Positions 61,698 through 64,000 of a stretch of DNA of 64,000 nt are shown one piece after another (position 1 is the first letter of the stretch; each line of letters begins with the position of its first letter). Under the pieces are notes generated by a model. The model did no database searches. It was not told the DNA's origin and saw only the letters and a program-made list of their open reading frames with translations. Source of the stretch: Candidatus Izemoplasmatales bacterium (lineage in GTDB: Bacteria > Bacillota_I > Bacilli_A > Izemoplasmatales > Hujiaoplasmataceae); contig JBFXGX010000004.1 of NCBI GenBank assembly GCA_050177605.1, positions 24,479-88,478 of the forward strand. The letters run 5' to 3'. The position numbers and the translations under genes are program-made.

Positions 61698-63281
61698 ATG
61701 ATGACTGATCCGTTTCAAGAGCTTATTCAGTCTGCGTCTGAAGAAAAAGACAGAGAATTAGCTCTTAATCATTCATGGGATGAGATTTGTAAACTACTTC
61801 GTACAGTACCTTTTCATCTTACGAAAGTCTATGTTGACAAAAGCGTTTTAGATTCAGCAGAAAGAACATTTCATAACATTGCAACTGGATCCTATTACAA
61901 AATAAATCCATTTGAAGTCAAAACAGTAGTCTTTATTTTGTTTTTGTCAATATCTGCATTGCAGAAATTTGAACAACAAGAAATCAAAAACAGCGAAAAT
62001 TTACAGTTTTTCGTTAACGGCGCAAAATATTATGAGACTTTATTGACAGAAAGAGAAGAGATAAAATATCTTTGCAATCAGTATTTTCCATCTAAATCGG
62101 TGAAAGATATTTTGAAAATGAAAGACGAAGAAATCAGCAAGATTGCTCCTATAAGAAAAGAGTTGGTTAATGAAATGGCATCCGTGAACAATGAATATAG
62201 GAAAGATAATGAAACATACCTAGTTAATAATACATTACAAGATGGTTGTTTGATTATACATATAGGGACATATATGTATAAAGAGACCAATTCTTTTGGA
62301 CAAACACATTCAAAAAAAGTTGCTCTTGTTTTCAAAAATATTAGTTCTAAGCGTATTTCTGCTTTTCATGGCGTTATTCGTTCAAATGATGCTTTTGGAA
62401 ACGCTTTGGAAAGCACTCCTTTTAAATTGTATGATTTAGAAAAATTTGTTTCTGGAGAGTATATCGGTGAGAGAACTTTTTTTGAGATTCCGACTGATGC
62501 TGTAAGTTTCAAGATTTATGTGGTCCAAATAGTATTTACTGATAAAAGTTCTGTTCTGTATTCCGACTACAAGACTATTGAAAAATCAGATATTTTGTTT
62601 TTAATTAACGAGGAAGAATATCCTATTTATAATTATTTCTGGACTCAATTCAATAATAGTTACCCTTTAAAATACAATTATTTCAAAACCATGAATTTAA
62701 TTCTGTGCCCTTGCGGGGCTATTAATCACTCTAATAACATTCAGTGTGTCGACTGTGGTGCGGACTTTGGCTTATTGGATAAACGCTTTTCAATAATTCA
62801 GATTAGTGATGAAATTCGTATTGAAGCACAATCTCGATTTGATAGCCTCATTCAATCGTCTCCAATTCTGATGGATACAGAAGAAGATAGCATCCGTCAA
62901 CAAATATCGTCATATGGAATTGATTTTCTTCTAGATCAAATAAAGACTGCTTTCCATATAACAAATCAGAATGAAGATATTATTAACGATAGAATCGGTA
63001 AAATAATTGGGCAAGATATTTATCAGTTTATATCTGAAAAAAAAGAATATATTGAACAAAAAGATAGTATATTTACAGATGAAATCATAGCAGAAGAACA
63101 TAGGCAACAACTTGAAAAAGAAGCTTATAGAAAACAAAGACAAGCGCAACTAGAAAGAGAAAAAAGAGAAAAAAGAAAAATTCAATCTGAAAAAACAAAA
63201 CAAGTTACTATGAAAATCCTGCCCTATATTATAGCGATAGTAGTTGGTTTGGTAATTCTTTTTGCATTTTACATAGCCTAG
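61698..63281 (+). CDS. Hypothetical protein with an internal zinc ribbon, a coiled coil and a C-terminal TM anchor
   Basis: CPCG...CVDCG; charged coiled coil; ILPYIIAIVVGLVILFAFY; RBS GAGGAGG. Confidence 0.72.
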   Translation: MMTDPFQELIQSASEEKDRELALNHSWDEICKLLRTVPFHLTKVYVDKSVLDSAERTFHNIATGSYYKINPFEVKTVVFILFLSISALQKFEQQEIKNSENLQFFVNGAKYYETLLTEREEIKYLCNQYFPSKSVKDILKMKDEEISKIAPIRKELVNEMASVNNEYRKDNETYLVNNTLQDGCLIIHIGTYMYKETNSFGQTHSKKVALVFKNISSKRISAFHGVIRSNDAFGNALESTPFKLYDLEKFVSGEYIGERTFFEIPTDAVSFKIYVVQIVFTDKSSVLYSDYKTIEKSDILFLINEEEYPIYNYFWTQFNNSYPLKYNYFKTMNLILCPCGAINHSNNIQCVDCGADFGLLDKRFSIIQISDEIRIEAQSRFDSLIQSSPILMDTEEDSIRQQISSYGIDFLLDQIKTAFHITNQNEDIINDRIGKIIGQDIYQFISEKKEYIEQKDSIFTDEIIAEEHRQQLEKEAYRKQRQAQLEREKREKRKIQSEKTKQVTMKILPYIIAIVVGLVILFAFYIA

Positions 63282-63329
63282 CATATACTCTAACTTATTT
63301 CCTTAAACATTAAAGAAGGAAGTACTGAA

Positions 63330-63500
63330 TATGATTCAAACGCATTCCGCAATACATTTGAATCTGTTACTTTACCTATACCTGAGAAAGACGGATATTC
63401 ATTTTGCGTTGGTATATAACCGCTGATTTTGAAGACGTAGAAAAAAAGTCTATTTTACCAAGGACTTAGGTAAAGTATTTGGTTTATGATAGATGAAGCG
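63330..63500 (+). pseudogene. Frameshifted remnant of an InlB B-repeat (Listeria-Bacteroides repeat) protein
   Basis: VTLPIPEKDGYSF in one frame (63366-63404) and WYITADFE in another (from 63410); resembles LPTPTKEGYTFxGWY. Confidence 0.45.
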
Positions 63501-64000
63501 TTAATCAATGTACAATTGAATATCGCTCATTGGGCGTGATGCAATTGGGGTTATTGAGTTCAATGAAGATGAAATTATTGATAATGTATATGTCGATTCC
63601 GCCTTATCTGCAATGCATACTTCATATAATAGACTTTTAAATGAGACACAACATTTAAGAACAACTTGGAGATAATACTTACAAAGATATATCTCTACCA
63701 ACTGAAGAGAAACAAGATTTTTTATAATACACTTAATACAGACATTATAATATCAATGCTGATATCGATGCAATTATACTCATTTCCTATCATTAAACGT
63801 ATTTTGCTAGAGGATTGATTTGGTGAAGTATTGATTTAGTCGTCTGTTATGTAAAAGGCAATCATCTATCTATTAGCAACCGGTAAGTATGTCAAGAGAT
63901 AAAAAATAAAAAAATCACATAAAAGTGATTTAAAACTTAATAAAAAGACATGCTTAAAAAAACTTGTTTTAAAAAAGAAAGTTATTCAAATATTACTTAT

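Noticed and set aside
931..63701. Many 60-100 aa ORFs antisense to or nested within long genes (e.g. 931-1188, 4178-4450, 23213-23509, 41213-41518, 47655-47936, 59879-60187)
   Set aside because: Shadow ORFs overlapping well-supported genes, with no RBS or recognisable motifs.
1..64000. Mycoplasma-type code 4 (TGA=Trp), and tRNA/rRNA genes
   Set aside because: Conserved genes end at TGA with coupled downstream starts and long ORFs are intact under code 11; no cloverleaf or rRNA-like GC-rich segment was recognised by eye.

Overview
AT-rich bacterial chromosomal window, read in standard code 11 (TGA is a stop, e.g. the TGA/ATG overlaps at 683-686 and 4409-4412). Thr-rich lipoproteins, fused ABC exporters and overall composition suggest an Izemoplasmatales/Acholeplasmatales-like Bacilli lineage (inference). 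There are three zones. (1) 1-5.8 kb: a proA-proC-aconitase-isocitrate dehydrogenase-citrate synthase operon. (2) 5.9-29 kb: surface and transport genes, including paralogous Ig-like and dockerin-like lipoproteins, three MacB/FtsX-type fused ABC transporters and an XRE-membrane regulator. (3) About 29-61 kb: a co-oriented defence island with an MBL hydrolase, a Thg1-like 3'-5' polymerase, an RT-nitrilase (DRT1/UG1-like), a Gabija-like pair, a Mini-III-like RNase, a prokaryotic viperin operon with a Upf1-like helicase, an exonuclease-RecQ-UvrD fusion, and an SNF2/DUF4391/type III R-M/HNH cluster. The most unexplained signal is the 39.4-40.05 kb intergenic region. It holds three promoters and three candidate structured RNAs: one with a double kissing-loop fold, and two that are mutually complementary and share identical 5' ends. 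They sit directly in front of an orphan protein-viperin-helicase operon. A ~205 bp promoter plus long-hairpin module also occurs twice (23.7 and 29.0 kb). No CRISPR array, tRNA, rRNA, integrase or transposase was recognised. All calls were made by eye from motifs; no searches or folding programs were run.
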